From an uncultured Candidatus Saccharibacteria bacterium (GTDB taxonomy: Bacteria > Patescibacteriota > Minisyncoccia > Phycocordibacterales > Phycocordibacteraceae): a stretch of 64,000 nucleotides of DNA. A program made the position numbers and the translations under genes. Below the pieces are notes generated by a model. The model did not search any database. It was not told where the DNA came from and was given only the letters and a program-made list of their open reading frames with translations. The stretch is taken from contig CAYMNZ010000002.1 of assembly GCA_964391975.1 (NCBI GenBank), forward strand, positions 12,708 through 76,707. Direction: 5' to 3'. Below, piece after piece: positions 18,054 through 28,176 of this stretch (position 1 is the stretch's first letter; each line of letters starts with the position of its first letter).

Positions 18054-19328
18054 CTAGCGAAACGACTCTGGAACCGGATGCTTCTCTGCCATCGTCTTGA
18101 TTTCTGCTTTGGCTTTCGCGACGGTGTCTGCGTCGCGTTTGCGAAGTATCTCAATCATGAGTTCAGCGACACGTACGCACTCCGCTTCTTTGAAGCCACG
18201 CGTGGTAATTGCTGGAGTTCCAAAGCGAATACCAGAAGGATCCATCGGCTTGCGCGTATCGTCAGCAATCGAGTTCTTGTTGAGCGTAATGCCCGCCTCA
18301 TCCAAGAGCGTCTCTGCATCGTGTCCTGAAATCTGGTACGAGCCCCAGACGTCAGCGAGGATAAGGTGGTTACTGGTACCGCCCGTAATCAAGCGGGCAC
18401 CGTCCTTGAGGAATACATCCGCCATTGCAGCGGCGTTTACTACCACCTGCTTGGCGTAGGTCTCAAAGGAAGGCTCAAGTGCCTCACCGAAACAGACTGC
18501 CTTGGCAGCAATCATGTGCATGAGTGGGCCGCCCTGGAACCCTGGGAAGACGGACTTATCAATCTTCTTTGCGATGTCTGCATCCTCGCGTGTGAGAATC
18601 ATGCCGCCGCGTGGGCCACGCAGTGTCTTATGCGTCGTGGTAGTCATCACGTCGAAGCCGTAATCAAACGGATTTTTTACTGCCTTACCAGCGATGAGAC
18701 CAGCGATGTGCGCGACGTCCATGACGGCAACAGCTCCCACTTCGCGCGCGATTGCGACGAACTTCGCATAGTCGAGCTCGCGTGGATACGCAGAGTAGCC
18801 AGCAAGCAACATCTTAGGTTTCTCCTTCTTCGCAACCTCGAGCATTGCATCGTAATCGATTTCTCCCGTCTCAATGTTCTTCATCTTATAGCGCACGAAG
18901 TTGAAGATTTTAGTGAGGTAGGTCACTGGGTGTCCGTGTGTGAGGTGTCCACCGTGGGAGAGGTCCATGCCGAGAATCGTGTCTCCGGGCTCAAGAAGCG
19001 CGAAGTACATCGCAACGTTTGCGGGAGCACCTGCGTGTGGCTGCACGTTTGCGAATCCTGCACCAAAGAGTTTCTTCGCACGATCACGCGCAAGGTCCTC
19101 GACAACGTCGGTGTACTGCTGGCCGCCGTAGTAGCGCTTGCCCGGATACCCTTCCGAGTACTTGTTGGTGAGGACAGAGCCCATCGCCTCGCGTACTGCG
19201 AGCGACACGTAGTTCTCAGAAGGAATAAGCTCGAGGCCTTCGCGCTCGCGCTTCTCTTCTCCCTCTATTGCACTCCAAACTTCCGGGTCATCACGCTTCA
19301 CGTGATCGTAGCTGTTCATAAGAGACAC
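18054..19328 (-). CDS. glyA: serine hydroxymethyltransferase
   Basis: 424 aa. LIPSENYVS, the PLP-lysine region TTTTHKTLRGPRGG and GYPGKRYYGG. Confidence 0.95.
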   Translation of the reverse strand: MSLMNSYDHVKRDDPEVWSAIEGEEKREREGLELIPSENYVSLAVREAMGSVLTNKYSEGYPGKRYYGGQQYTDVVEDLARDRAKKLFGAGFANVQPHAGAPANVAMYFALLEPGDTILGMDLSHGGHLTHGHPVTYLTKIFNFVRYKMKNIETGEIDYDAMLEVAKKEKPKMLLAGYSAYPRELDYAKFVAIAREVGAVAVMDVAHIAGLIAGKAVKNPFDYGFDVMTTTTHKTLRGPRGGMILTREDADIAKKIDKSVFPGFQGGPLMHMIAAKAVCFGEALEPSFETYAKQVVVNAAAMADVFLKDGARLITGGTSNHLILADVWGSYQISGHDAETLLDEAGITLNKNSIADDTRKPMDPSGIRFGTPAITTRGFKEAECVRVAELMIEILRKRDADTVAKAKAEIKTMAEKHPVPESFR

Positions 19329-19348
19329 ACTAGGCTTCTAAGTACCGA

Positions 19349-20026
19349 TTATACAAGGAGTCCTTTGACTACCCTATACACATCCTCGTGGATTGCCTCC
19401 CGAGGCCTCATCTGGCCATTTTCCGCGCATTCAATGACGTGCCAGTTAGGCTGGCGCTCGGCAAGCCATTTGGCTGCCTCGTAGCTGCGCTCCATATAGT
19501 CTTGGTCCTTCTCCACTACATCCTTGCCGTCCGTATTCTTCACCTCCCGCTTCTCATCGAGGAGCTTGAGGGAAATCTCAAGTGGCACATGGAAGTAGAT
19601 GACGGCGTCAGGCTTTGGGACACCAAGGGTGGTGTGCTCCATGCCATCGAGCCAGATAAGGAACTCCTCGCGTTCCTCTGTCGCGGAAATCTTGCCTCCT
19701 TGGTGTATCTGGTTGGAGGAGGAAAAGCGGTCCGTAATCACTACCTTCCCCTGGTCGAGCGCATGCTTAATTCTAGGCGTCTCCTCGAAGCGGTCCAGCG
19801 CGTAGAGGGTGGAGGCAATTTTTGGGTCGAGGTTGGCGAAGTCTCCGCACTTCCCGGCAAGGCAGGCGGCAAGGAGGGTCCCAAAGAAGTTGCGGTTGTA
19901 GGAGGGGAAGTTGAGCGCTTCGTGCTCTACATCGTCTTTCTGGAGGCGCTCAGACAGAAGCCTGGTCTGGGTCGCCTTCCCAGAGCCGTCATTGCCGTCG
20001 AGGACTATAAACACCCCTTTTTTCAT
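19349..20026 (-). CDS. tmk: thymidylate kinase
   Basis: 225 aa. The P-loop [15 protein letters not shown] and DRF...S lid region are present. It is divergent from thyA with about 22 bp between start codons. Confidence 0.85.
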   Translation of the reverse strand: MKKGVFIVLDGNDGSGKATQTRLLSERLQKDDVEHEALNFPSYNRNFFGTLLAACLAGKCGDFANLDPKIASTLYALDRFEETPRIKHALDQGKVVITDRFSSSNQIHQGGKISATEEREEFLIWLDGMEHTTLGVPKPDAVIYFHVPLEISLKLLDEKREVKNTDGKDVVEKDQDYMERSYEAAKWLAERQPNWHVIECAENGQMRPREAIHEDVYRVVKGLLV

Positions 20027-20048
20027 ACCCTTAGTATACTGCCTGTAT

Positions 20049-20882
20049 ATGGAACAACCCTACCTAGACGTCCTTACAAAGATCCTTGAAGAAGGGAAAG
20101 ATAAAGATGACCGCACAGGCGTAGGTACCCGCAACCTGTTCGGCTTTCAGATGCGCTTTGATCTCTCCAAAGGCTTCCCTGCGATGACTACCAAGAAGCT
20201 CGCATTCAAGGCCGTGAAAAGCGAACTCCTATGGTTTCTGGAGGGCAGCAGCGATGACAATCGTCTTAAGGAATTAAACGGTTCCGAGCGCTCTATCTGG
20301 ACAGCCAATGGCGAAGCCGATTACTGGAAGCCAAAAGCAAAATTTCCTGGGGACCTCGGTCGCGTCTACGGCGTGCAATGGAGAAGTTGGCAGAAGCCCG
20401 ATGGCGGCACCGTCGATCAGATTAAGGATGTAATCGAGCGCATCAAAAAAAATCCTAACGACCGTCGTCTCATCGTGTCTGCATGGAATCCAGGCGAGCT
20501 AGACCTCATGGTGCTTCCTCCGTGCCACATGATGTTCCAGTTTTTCGTCGCAGACGGAAAGCTCTCGCTACAGATGTATCAGCGCAGCTGCGACATGTTC
20601 CTCGGCGTCCCGTTCAACATCGCATCCTATTCCCTTCTACTTTCGATGGTCGCGCAAGTGACAGGCCTGAAAGTCGGAGAATTCGTACACGTACTTGGCG
20701 ACGCTCATATATATATGAACCACATGGACGCGGTAAAAGAACAGCTCGCGCGCGAACCAATGCCGTCTCCAACTCTGTGGCTCAATCCTGAGATTACAGA
20801 CATCGACAAGTTCACCATGGATGACATCAAGCTTGAGAATTACGAGTCACATCCTTCCATAAAAGCGCCGATGGCCGTATGA
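20049..20882 (+). CDS. thyA: thymidylate synthase
   Basis: 277 aa from the ATG ([17 protein letters not shown]...) at track coordinate 20049. The catalytic region is [12 protein letters not shown]. Coordinates follow the ORF track because the printed row 20041-20100 is shifted by 2 nt. Confidence 0.93.
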   Translation: MEQPYLDVLTKILEEGKDKDDRTGVGTRNLFGFQMRFDLSKGFPAMTTKKLAFKAVKSELLWFLEGSSDDNRLKELNGSERSIWTANGEADYWKPKAKFPGDLGRVYGVQWRSWQKPDGGTVDQIKDVIERIKKNPNDRRLIVSAWNPGELDLMVLPPCHMMFQFFVADGKLSLQMYQRSCDMFLGVPFNIASYSLLLSMVAQVTGLKVGEFVHVLGDAHIYMNHMDAVKEQLAREPMPSPTLWLNPEITDIDKFTMDDIKLENYESHPSIKAPMAV

Positions 20883-21604
20883 GCGCAGAGAGGCCGATAA
20901 CACCTGAGTCAAAAGAATATACCCGCGAAGACCTGGAGAATTTGTTCTTCTGGTCCTTTTATCCCTCACAAGGAAGCAAAGCACTTCATACACTTACCTT
21001 CATCGTGCTTCTTACGGAAAACCCGGGACTCGTTTCAGAAGTTGAGAAACTACACCAGGAACTTGGTAACTATTCTCCCGCGTGGCTCGATACGCCATTT
21101 GCTGCTCGGCTTGTTGATCGTGTTGGGCGCCGCCGAACAAGCCCTATTCACAGCACTAATCTTTCCCGCCCTCCACTCGAAGCTGAAAAAGAAGTACGCG
21201 ACCGATTGCAGACATTGTTTGAGGCAGCTGAGGCTGCAAAACTGTACCGACAGCACCCAGAAGCAGCGCCGCTTGAAGCATTTGCTCGAGAAACCCTGAG
21301 TCGCGAAATAGTACTCTACAAACAGGCAGAAAGTGGTGAGAAAGAGGGGCTTATGGAAGCCCGCACGCGCGTCGGATTCTCTATGGCGTGCTTCTATGGC
21401 CTCTCTCCTAACCGCGAGACCCATCTTGCAGGAAGTCGTCAAACCCCTCCCCAACCAGGGGAATACCAGGACATGTGGAGGAAAGTTGGAGACTTCTTGA
21501 AAACTTCCTACCCAACGCTCGGATCTGAAACAAAGGATAGGCTTGATCGACTCGTTGAACTCTACCAGAGTGCTACCGGCGAAACGCTTACTCTCCCACA
21601 GTAA
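20879..21604 (+). CDS. hypothetical protein, translationally coupled to thyA
   Basis: 241-aa ORF whose ATG overlaps the thyA stop (ATGA). It lies between thyA and dcd and has no recognisable motif. Confidence 0.5.
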   Translation: MSAERPITPESKEYTREDLENLFFWSFYPSQGSKALHTLTFIVLLTENPGLVSEVEKLHQELGNYSPAWLDTPFAARLVDRVGRRRTSPIHSTNLSRPPLEAEKEVRDRLQTLFEAAEAAKLYRQHPEAAPLEAFARETLSREIVLYKQAESGEKEGLMEARTRVGFSMACFYGLSPNRETHLAGSRQTPPQPGEYQDMWRKVGDFLKTSYPTLGSETKDRLDRLVELYQSATGETLTLPQ

Positions 21605-21643
21605 TTTTGCATTTCCCTTTCCCCGCTGTATTCTCTTTCTACT

Positions 21644-22342
21644 ATGGCTCTCTCCGACAAGAAGATTCTCGAACACATGAAGGCCGGCACGGTCGTCATC
21701 GAGCCGTTTGATAAAGACAACCTCTGCACGTCCTCAATGGACGTTACCCTCGGCGAGTGGTTCTACCGCGAACAGCGCCCGAAACGCTACAAGAACCTCT
21801 TCAACCTCTACAGCAAAGAGGATACTGAACTTATCTGGGGCACAGAGCCACATCGCGCAAGCTTTGCGAAAGATTGCCTTAACGATTTCAACTTTAAGTT
21901 CGAAGGCATCCGCCCTGACGACAAGGTTATCCTCCTTGAGCCGGGCGAGACGATTCTTGCGCACACCAACGAGTTCATCGGCGGACGCGATACGGTCACT
22001 ACTATGATGAAGGCGCGCTCCTCTCTCGGGCGTAACTTCATCAACGTTTGTAAGTGCGCTGGCTGGGGGGATGTCGGTTACATCAACCGCTGGACGATGG
22101 AGATTTCAAACTCCTCCCGCCACTACATCATCCCGCTCGTCGTTGGTCGCCGCATCGCGCAGCTGGTTTTCTTTGAGACCGGACCTATTCTCAAAAAGGA
22201 TTACGCATCCACGGGCAAGTACCAGACCTCAACCGAGCTCAAGAAGCTCAAACGTGATTGGAAGCCGGAGATGATGCTCCCTCGTCTTTGGAACGATCGC
22301 GATATTAAGAAGCGACAACCGTGGCACAAGAAATCAAAATAA
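21644..22342 (+). CDS. dcd: dCTP deaminase family protein (dCTP deaminase/dUTPase fold)
   Basis: 232 aa. The N-terminus MALSDKKILEHMKAGTVVIEPFD...SSMDVTLGEWF matches the Dcd/Dut beta-barrel start. The context is pyrimidine and thymidylate metabolism. Confidence 0.65.
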   Translation: MALSDKKILEHMKAGTVVIEPFDKDNLCTSSMDVTLGEWFYREQRPKRYKNLFNLYSKEDTELIWGTEPHRASFAKDCLNDFNFKFEGIRPDDKVILLEPGETILAHTNEFIGGRDTVTTMMKARSSLGRNFINVCKCAGWGDVGYINRWTMEISNSSRHYIIPLVVGRRIAQLVFFETGPILKKDYASTGKYQTSTELKKLKRDWKPEMMLPRLWNDRDIKKRQPWHKKSK

Positions 22343-22767
22343 GTAACACCCTAAGCGCCTATGGCGCTTTCGTTACCTACGTCCCGCTCAAGGGCGAAGT
22401 CCCCTTCAACGACTACCTCACACTTCCCAAGGAAGCAGCGCAATACAAAATTACACCCCGCGCTTCTCTCAATCCCGAGCGCGAAGCTGAAGCTGCACGC
22501 GCCGCTGCCAAGGGACTTCCAGTTGCTATCCTCATGCCAGGACGCGCCTTTGATCTTCACGGCACACGGCATGGCCAAGGCGGCGGCTGGTACGACCGCT
22601 TCCTTGGGTTTGTTCCCAAGAACTGGCTGCGGGTTGGATTCTGCTACCCTACTCAATTCTTTGAGGGCCCCATCACCCGGGAGCCGTGGGATCAGGTCAT
22701 GGACTACGTCTGCGTGGCCGAAGGAAGTGGGCTCGTGGTCTATCACACCAAAGCGCGTGGCATTTGA
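22321..22767 (+). CDS. 5-formyltetrahydrofolate cyclo-ligase-like protein (short)
   Basis: 148 aa. GQGGGWYDRFL matches the MTHFS family signature GxGGGYYDRxL. It overlaps the dcd end and precedes folA. Confidence 0.6.
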   Translation: MAQEIKISNTLSAYGAFVTYVPLKGEVPFNDYLTLPKEAAQYKITPRASLNPEREAEAARAAAKGLPVAILMPGRAFDLHGTRHGQGGGWYDRFLGFVPKNWLRVGFCYPTQFFEGPITREPWDQVMDYVCVAEGSGLVVYHTKARGI

Positions 22768-22779
22768 TACTCTAAGGAC

Positions 22780-23268
22780 ATGATTGCTGCCATTGCTGCT
22801 ATCGGAGCTACCACCAACGTCCTCGGAAAGGACAACGATCTCGTATGGGAAATCCCCGAAGACCTTGAGCGGTTCCGAAACTTCACCCGCAACCACCCCA
22901 TCATCATGGGCCGCAAGACCTGGGAATCGCTGCCTGCCGAACGCCGACCACTCCCCAAGCGCACCAACATCGTGGTGACACGCCAAGCTGACTACGATGC
23001 TCCGGGCGCAGTGGTTGTGTCTTCAGTTGAAGCTGCTGTTGAAGCGGCAAGGAACTCACCAGGAGCTGAAGAGATTTATATCATTGGTGGCAGCGGGATT
23101 TTCAAAGATTCCTTCCCGTATACTGACCGTCTCTATCTCACGCTAGTGCATGACGACGCAGAAGGTGATGTGCACTTCCCCGACTACGGGGAGTTCACGA
23201 AAGTAATTGAGCGCATCGAGCACCTCGACCACACGCCGCCCTACACGTATCTCACCCTTGAACGCTAG
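22780..23268 (+). CDS. folA: dihydrofolate reductase
   Basis: 162 aa. MIAAIAAIGATTNVLGKDNDLVWEIPEDLERF, the IIMGRKTWESLP NADPH/folate motif and GG..I are present. Confidence 0.9.
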   Translation: MIAAIAAIGATTNVLGKDNDLVWEIPEDLERFRNFTRNHPIIMGRKTWESLPAERRPLPKRTNIVVTRQADYDAPGAVVVSSVEAAVEAARNSPGAEEIYIIGGSGIFKDSFPYTDRLYLTLVHDDAEGDVHFPDYGEFTKVIERIEHLDHTPPYTYLTLER

Positions 23269-24089
23269 CGTGCGTAGTACTGCGTACTGAAGATAGAAAT
23301 GAGAAGTTCAACTCTGCTCCGCAGTGCGGGGGGAAGTTCTTTCTCTTCGAGAAGCGTCCCCGCAGTCGTCAGTGCTTTCCCCAACATAGTGCTCGTGATA
23401 GCTCCTATCTTCATAAAATAGCGCGACTGGTCGCCCGTATGTCTATACTCGGCAACAATGGGCTCGAACGCCCTACGGAACTCGGCAAGTTCTTCGGGTA
23501 GTTCCTTAAGGGCCTGTGCAAACAGTGGGCCGTAGTAGCGAAGTGCTTCGACGCCCTGCGTGTCTTTGTGCATGCGTTTCGCGAGCGTACGACAGATAGC
23601 AGCTACGAGTTCGTTATTTATAACGGGCTGCGGAAGATCGCGCGCACCACCGAGGTAGAGCTGGCGTTCAAGCAATTTCATGATGACAATGATGCGTTCG
23701 CTATTCATCTCCAGTTCTTTGCGATCTTCAACCGTAAAGAAGACCCGGATAAGAATGGCGAGCGCTGTACATTTTTCACGCTCCCAAATCCACGCGGCAT
23801 TGCTGGCATCTATTTCCCGATTTATTCCCCGTGCAGCATGCGCGGTAGTCGCATTCTCTCCATACTTCTCAACAAGATTTTCCGGAAGCGGTGTCTGCAT
23901 AAAACGCATAATCGCTTCAGCGGGGTTCTGCGTATTCAAGAGGTCTTCAATCATGCCGATGGCAATGCCCTGAAGTACCTGCGGGAACACCAGGTTCATG
24001 TCTCTGGCGCGCTCAAAGATTGGGGTAATCTCCGCCACAGACATGGGTCCTTTCTCAGGATTGGAGGCTGTCTCAGGAGTGTTCGACAT
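23265..24089 (-). CDS. hypothetical protein
   Basis: 274-aa ORF. It is predicted helical and has no recognisable motif. Confidence 0.5.
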   Translation of the reverse strand: MSNTPETASNPEKGPMSVAEITPIFERARDMNLVFPQVLQGIAIGMIEDLLNTQNPAEAIMRFMQTPLPENLVEKYGENATTAHAARGINREIDASNAAWIWEREKCTALAILIRVFFTVEDRKELEMNSERIIVIMKLLERQLYLGGARDLPQPVINNELVAAICRTLAKRMHKDTQGVEALRYYGPLFAQALKELPEELAEFRRAFEPIVAEYRHTGDQSRYFMKIGAITSTMLGKALTTAGTLLEEKELPPALRSRVELLISIFSTQYYAR

Positions 24090-24107
24090 GCGCGTATTCT
24101 ACACAAG

Positions 24108-24136
24108 AAAAAACCCCGCTTTCGCGGGGCTGGTTC
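24108..24136 (-). terminator. rho-independent terminator downstream of rplK
   Basis: On the minus strand, GC hairpin CCCCGC-gaaa-GCGGGG is followed by TTTTTT. Confidence 0.7.
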
Positions 24137-24556
24137 TTATTTAACGTTGATTCCCATCGAGCGGGCGGTGCCTTCAATGATGCGGTCGGCCGCTTCAGGA
24201 GAGCCTGCGGAGAGGTCCGGCATCTTCTGCTCAGAGACCTTGCGAACCTGGTCCTTGGTCAAGGTTGCAACCGGCTTGCCGCCTGGCTTCTGAGAACCCT
24301 TATCCATACCAAGAATCTTGAGAATAAGACGAGAAGCTGGAGGGGTCTTGAGAACGAAGGAGAAGGTGCGGTCCTCGTAGACGGAAAGGTCCACAGGGAT
24401 GATATCTCCCATCTTGTCCTTGGTGGCCTCGTTGAACTTGTTAACGAAATCTCCAATGTTCACACCGGCTGGACCGAGGACGGTACCGACTGGAGGCGCA
24501 GGGGTGGCCTTCCCTGCGGGGATTTGGAGCTTAATCTTCTTTACGACTTTAGGCAT
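24137..24556 (-). CDS. rplK: 50S ribosomal protein L11
   Basis: 139 aa. [26 protein letters not shown] is the L11 signature. Confidence 0.95.
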   Translation of the reverse strand: MPKVVKKIKLQIPAGKATPAPPVGTVLGPAGVNIGDFVNKFNEATKDKMGDIIPVDLSVYEDRTFSFVLKTPPASRLILKILGMDKGSQKPGGKPVATLTKDQVRKVSEQKMPDLSAGSPEAADRIIEGTARSMGINVK

Positions 24557-24573
24557 AGTTGAATGACTTTACG

Positions 24574-25143
24574 CTAGAGCTTGCGAACCTGCAAGAAATC
24601 GAGCTCGACCGGGGTCTCACGGCCGAACATGGCCACGAGGACCTTCACCTTGCCGCGCTCCTCGTCGACCTCCCCTACCTTACCCTCAAGGTCCTTAAAC
24701 GGACCGTCAGCAATGACCACAGGGTCGTCCTTGCCGAGGTCGATGCGGTGCTTAGGAGCCTCTGCATCCATGCGCTTCATGAGCGAGGAGACCTCGTCGT
24801 CACTCATAGGGACTGGGGTAACCCCTGAGCCTACAAAGCCGGTGACGCGAGGCGTGTTGCGCACCACGAACCAGGAATCCTCGTCCACAATCATGCGCAC
24901 GAGGATGTAGCCCGGGTAAATCTTCTCTTCCTCAACAACGCGCTTGCCGCCCTTTACGCGAATCTTCTTCTCGGTAGGTACGACTACCTCGAAAATCTTC
25001 CCTTCCATGCCAAGGGATTCAATGCGCTGCTTGAGGTTACGCTCAACGGCGTTCTCGTAACCAGCGTAGGTGTGGATGGTGTACCAGCGAGGCTCCGGGT
25101 TAATGGAGTCTTCGGAGAAACTGGGCGAGGTGCGCATTTCCAT
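24574..25143 (-). CDS. nusG: transcription termination/antitermination factor NusG
   Basis: 189 aa. The NGN domain (WYTIHTYAGYENAV) and a C-terminal KOW domain (GPFKDLEGKVGEVDEERGKVKVLV) are present. Confidence 0.9.
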   Translation of the reverse strand: MEMRTSPSFSEDSINPEPRWYTIHTYAGYENAVERNLKQRIESLGMEGKIFEVVVPTEKKIRVKGGKRVVEEEKIYPGYILVRMIVDEDSWFVVRNTPRVTGFVGSGVTPVPMSDDEVSSLMKRMDAEAPKHRIDLGKDDPVVIADGPFKDLEGKVGEVDEERGKVKVLVAMFGRETPVELDFLQVRKL

Positions 25144-25153
25144 AAGAAGAGTG

Positions 25154-25336
25154 TTAGCGAATAAAGGAGCCGACGAGGTTCGTGAACACGTAGTCGAACC
25201 CGGAGATAATAAGTGCGAAGATGACCGAAATCACGATGATGAGCAACGTGTGGGTAGCGGCCGTGCGCGGCTTAGGCCACACGACATGTTCGAGTTCTGC
25301 GCGTACGTTCTTAAGATAGGTGAAGAGTGACTTCAT
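25154..25336 (-). CDS. secE: preprotein translocase subunit SecE
   Basis: 60 aa with a single TM segment. It lies immediately upstream of nusG in the conserved secE-nusG-rplK order. Confidence 0.8.
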   Translation of the reverse strand: MKSLFTYLKNVRAELEHVVWPKPRTAATHTLLIIVISVIFALIISGFDYVFTNLVGSFIR

Positions 25337-25416
25337 GGTCCAAAATAAAAAGCCCCGAGGGCCTTTGATACAAGAGGATAGTACAACCCTGGCCGGGGGG
25401 CGTCAAGATAACGAAA

Positions 25417-25443
25417 AACCGCCCCAGAAGGGGCGGTTTTTCA
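25417..25443. terminator. bidirectional rho-independent terminator
   Basis: aaaaaCCGCCCCagaaGGGGCGGttttt lies just downstream of the minus-strand SIMPL-domain gene. Confidence 0.7.
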
Positions 25444-25453
25444 GAGAGTCTGT

Positions 25454-26260
25454 TTAACGAATCTCGTAGGTCACCATCACGGTGATGGAAGTCTCATTCT
25501 CCCCTACTGGAAGAGATGGGGCTGGGCGGTTGCTCACTCCCGCATCCATGGCCATTTCAGCCTTGCCGCCGTAGCCGTACTCATACGGGTAGTAGCCAGT
25601 GTTCTCTGAGAAGGAAACGACCTTGCCGAGAGAAACGCCGAGCTCGCTCGCAAGTTTCTTGGCCTTTTCCTTTGCCTCCTTGATTGCTGCATCGCGTGCC
25701 TCTTCGCGAACCGAATCAGCATCGTCTAGAACGAAGTTCGGGCCCGAGATGTTCTGCACGCCGGCGCTGCCAAGACCTTGGAGGACCTCGCCCGCCTTAG
25801 CCGTGTCGCGAACCTTAACCTCTACTCCCTGGGATACTTCGTAGCCCGTGATACGTGGGCTTGAAGCTACTGGAGGGCAAACGCCTGAGTAACAAGGCTG
25901 TGGGTATTCATACGTTGGGTTAACGCTGTAGTACGTAGTCTTCACATCAGCCTCTTCGATGTCCATGTCCTCCACAGAGGCGAGGGCGGCGTCGATGCGA
26001 GCAGTTGCTTTGTCCTGTGCTTCAGCAACGGTTGCTCCGCGCTCCATGACCGTAAAGGAAATCTGTGCGACGTCCGGAATAGCAGTTGCCTCTCCGGTGC
26101 CCTCCACCGTAATGGTGCGTGCTGGGTACATCTCGGAATTACCGAGAGCATAGAGACCGTCGATTGTCTTTACAAGAAGAAAGAGGGCGAGCAGCGTTAC
26201 TGCTGCAATAGCTGCAAAGCGGAATGCCTTTGAGCCCGTGAGTTCATTAAATGTGTCCAT
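25454..26260 (-). CDS. SIMPL-domain (DUF541) periplasmic/secreted protein
   Basis: 268 aa. An N-terminal TM anchor is followed by ITVEGTGEATAIPD and an alpha/beta SIMPL-like region. Confidence 0.75.
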   Translation of the reverse strand: MDTFNELTGSKAFRFAAIAAVTLLALFLLVKTIDGLYALGNSEMYPARTITVEGTGEATAIPDVAQISFTVMERGATVAEAQDKATARIDAALASVEDMDIEEADVKTTYYSVNPTYEYPQPCYSGVCPPVASSPRITGYEVSQGVEVKVRDTAKAGEVLQGLGSAGVQNISGPNFVLDDADSVREEARDAAIKEAKEKAKKLASELGVSLGKVVSFSENTGYYPYEYGYGGKAEMAMDAGVSNRPAPSLPVGENETSITVMVTYEIR

Positions 26261-26356
26261 AGCTATGTATAGTGTCTGTTATTGGTTGAGTTTATCATGA
26301 GCGATGACGCTCCGTGGGGGTAAACATTACCGGCCCTCTATGCTACCGTTCCCTTC

Positions 26357-27112
26357 ATGACGCCCTTGATTTCAAGTCTTCTTGCCGTTGGTGTGGTGAG
26401 TATTGTCTCCCTGGTTGGGGCCGCGACTCTGTCTCTCAAGGAAAGCTTCCTCCGCAAGACACTCTTTCTGCTGATTTCACTTGCCGCAGGTGCCCTTCTG
26501 GGAGATGCCTTTATCCATCTTCTCCCAGAAGCCTTTGAGGAGGCCGCACCTCTCACGGTCTCTATCCTCGTTTTGGTCGGCTTCTTTTCCTTCTTCGTGC
26601 TCGAGAAATTCCTGCACTGGCACCACAGTCACGGGGACGATGAGTTCTCTCCTGAGCACGCGCGTATCCACCCAGTGGGCCACCTGGTACTCATCTCCGA
26701 CGGCGTTCATAACCTTATCGATGGTCTTGCTATTGGGGCTGCCTTCCTCGTCTCGCCAGAAGTAGGTATTGCGACCACCATCGCTATCGTGCTGCATGAG
26801 ATACCTCAGGAGATTGGAGACTTCGGCCTCTTGATTCACGCCGGGTACTCACGTGCAAAGGCACTCTTTATGAACTTCCTATCTGCCCTCTTCGCTTTCG
26901 TTGGTGTAGGACTTGTCTTCTGGCTCTCAACTGCAGCTGAGGGAGCTGCGCCGCTTATCGCCGCGTTCGCTGCAGGAAACTTTATCTACATCGCGGCCTC
27001 CGACCTTATACCAGAGCTCCACAAAACCACCGCCCCGTGGCAGTCGGCACTCCAGTTTGCAACCATCGTTCTTGGCCTTATCGCGATGGTACTTCTGCTT
27101 GGGCTCGAGTAG
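26357..27112 (+). CDS. zupT: ZIP family metal (zinc) transporter
   Basis: 251 aa. His-rich metal-binding motifs are LHWHHSHGDD and HNLIDGLAIGAAF...HEIPQEIGDF. Confidence 0.85.
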   Translation: MTPLISSLLAVGVVSIVSLVGAATLSLKESFLRKTLFLLISLAAGALLGDAFIHLLPEAFEEAAPLTVSILVLVGFFSFFVLEKFLHWHHSHGDDEFSPEHARIHPVGHLVLISDGVHNLIDGLAIGAAFLVSPEVGIATTIAIVLHEIPQEIGDFGLLIHAGYSRAKALFMNFLSALFAFVGVGLVFWLSTAAEGAAPLIAAFAAGNFIYIAASDLIPELHKTTAPWQSALQFATIVLGLIAMVLLLGLE

Positions 27113-27781
27113 CTACGGAAGCGTTGCAAGCCACGCACGCAGTGTGGCGTGCTCGGGAAGATTCTTCACTGAAAGTGTTGGCTCCATCCAATCAATCACG
27201 TCGCGCTCGATAACGGTGAAGAGGAAGAGATCGTCGCCCATTGGTAGGTAGTAGGCGCTTTCCACCTGTGCCTCGAAGCGCTCGATAACGATTGAGTAAA
27301 AGGTGTGAGCACCAATCGTTACCTTCTCGAACTGGTCAATGGATTCGGTTGCCATATCAGCTGGCTGCAGACGAGTCGTGCGTACGATGTCGGCTTCGGC
27401 GCCTTCTGCGGAAACACCAAGGTGGTGCACCCGGATGATGTGGGAGACGCTCGGAGACAGAGAGGGTTTTGTGAATTCTCGAACAATAGTCATATCGCCA
27501 CCAGCATTCATGTTGACGTTAGGATTCGGGTTCTCTGTGTACCCTTCAGGAACTGAGAGCGTGCTCACGTTAAAGGAGTTGGTTGGGCACGGTGCAAATG
27601 CGCAGGCAGGGCCTATGCGTCCGACCGACGAGCCATCAGGACACACCATGGCGTCCATCGGGCACGCGGTGATAGGGCCTGGGGTCTGAAGCGCATTGCG
27701 ATAAAAGAATCCGGCGATACCAAGCAGCACGAGAAGCACGACGCCCATAAGAAGCTGTTTCATATTCAAAAAGTCTAGCAT
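27113..27781 (-). CDS. hypothetical secreted/membrane-anchored protein
   Basis: An N-terminal signal anchor (MKQLLMGVVLLVLLGIAG) and a Cys-containing N-terminal region. The likely start is the internal Met at 27763. Confidence 0.5.
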   Translation of the reverse strand: MLDFLNMKQLLMGVVLLVLLGIAGFFYRNALQTPGPITACPMDAMVCPDGSSVGRIGPACAFAPCPTNSFNVSTLSVPEGYTENPNPNVNMNAGGDMTIVREFTKPSLSPSVSHIIRVHHLGVSAEGAEADIVRTTRLQPADMATESIDQFEKVTIGAHTFYSIVIERFEAQVESAYYLPMGDDLFLFTVIERDVIDWMEPTLSVKNLPEHATLRAWLATLP

Positions 27782-27784
27782 GTT

Positions 27785-28162
27785 CTATTTCTGCGCCTTG
27801 AGGAGGTCCCTGATTTCTTCAAGAAGCTTCACCTCTGCTGGCGTGGACTCAGCCTTTGGTTTCTCCTTTGCAAACTTGGTGATGAATTTTATAAAGAGGA
27901 AGAGTGCAAACGCGGTGATAATGAAACTCACAAGAGCTTGGAGGAAGAGTCCGTACGCGATAGTGACGTCCCCGCCAAGCGAGAGGGAGAGCGCACTGAA
28001 ATCAACACCTCCCATCAGAAGTCCAAGTGGGGGCGTCAGTACATTGTTCACCAGTGAGGTGACAATGCTGTTGAACGCAGCGCCGATGACCACACCGACC
28101 GCAAGGTCGAGTGCATTGCCACGAAGTGCGAAGGATTTGAATTCTTTGAGGAAGGAGTTCAT
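27785..28162 (-). CDS. mscL: large-conductance mechanosensitive channel
   Basis: 125 aa. FKEFKSFALRGNALDLAVGVVIGAAF is the MscL TM1 signature. Confidence 0.9.
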   Translation of the reverse strand: MNSFLKEFKSFALRGNALDLAVGVVIGAAFNSIVTSLVNNVLTPPLGLLMGGVDFSALSLSLGGDVTIAYGLFLQALVSFIITAFALFLFIKFITKFAKEKPKAESTPAEVKLLEEIRDLLKAQK

Positions 28163-28176
28163 GTCCTAAGTATATC

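Noticed and set aside
18366-19484. Long antisense 'shadow' ORFs, e.g. 18366-19484 (+, 372 aa) inside glyA/tmk, 13586-14392 and 15011-15712 inside ileS, 4963-5811 inside tatD/metG, 49575-50267 inside pilB, and 45580-46335 inside polA.
   Set aside because: They lie opposite confidently identified housekeeping genes and have low-complexity Arg/Ser/Ala-rich translations typical of high-GC antisense frames. They are not reported as genes.
20041-20100. Apparent frameshift or internal stop in thyA when translating the printed sequence (extra 'ct' at the start of row 20041 and a missing 'ag' at its end).
   Set aside because: The ORF track gives one continuous 323-codon frame. Both discrepancies fall exactly on line boundaries and cancel out, so the printed row is simply offset by 2 nt. 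I treated this as a formatting artefact, not a pseudogene. Coordinates are taken from the ORF track.
26261-26356. Possible Zur/metal-responsive operator upstream of the ZIP transporter gene.
   Set aside because: I found only a weak partial palindrome (TCATGAGCGATGA) with no convincing match to a Zur box, so no regulatory site is called.
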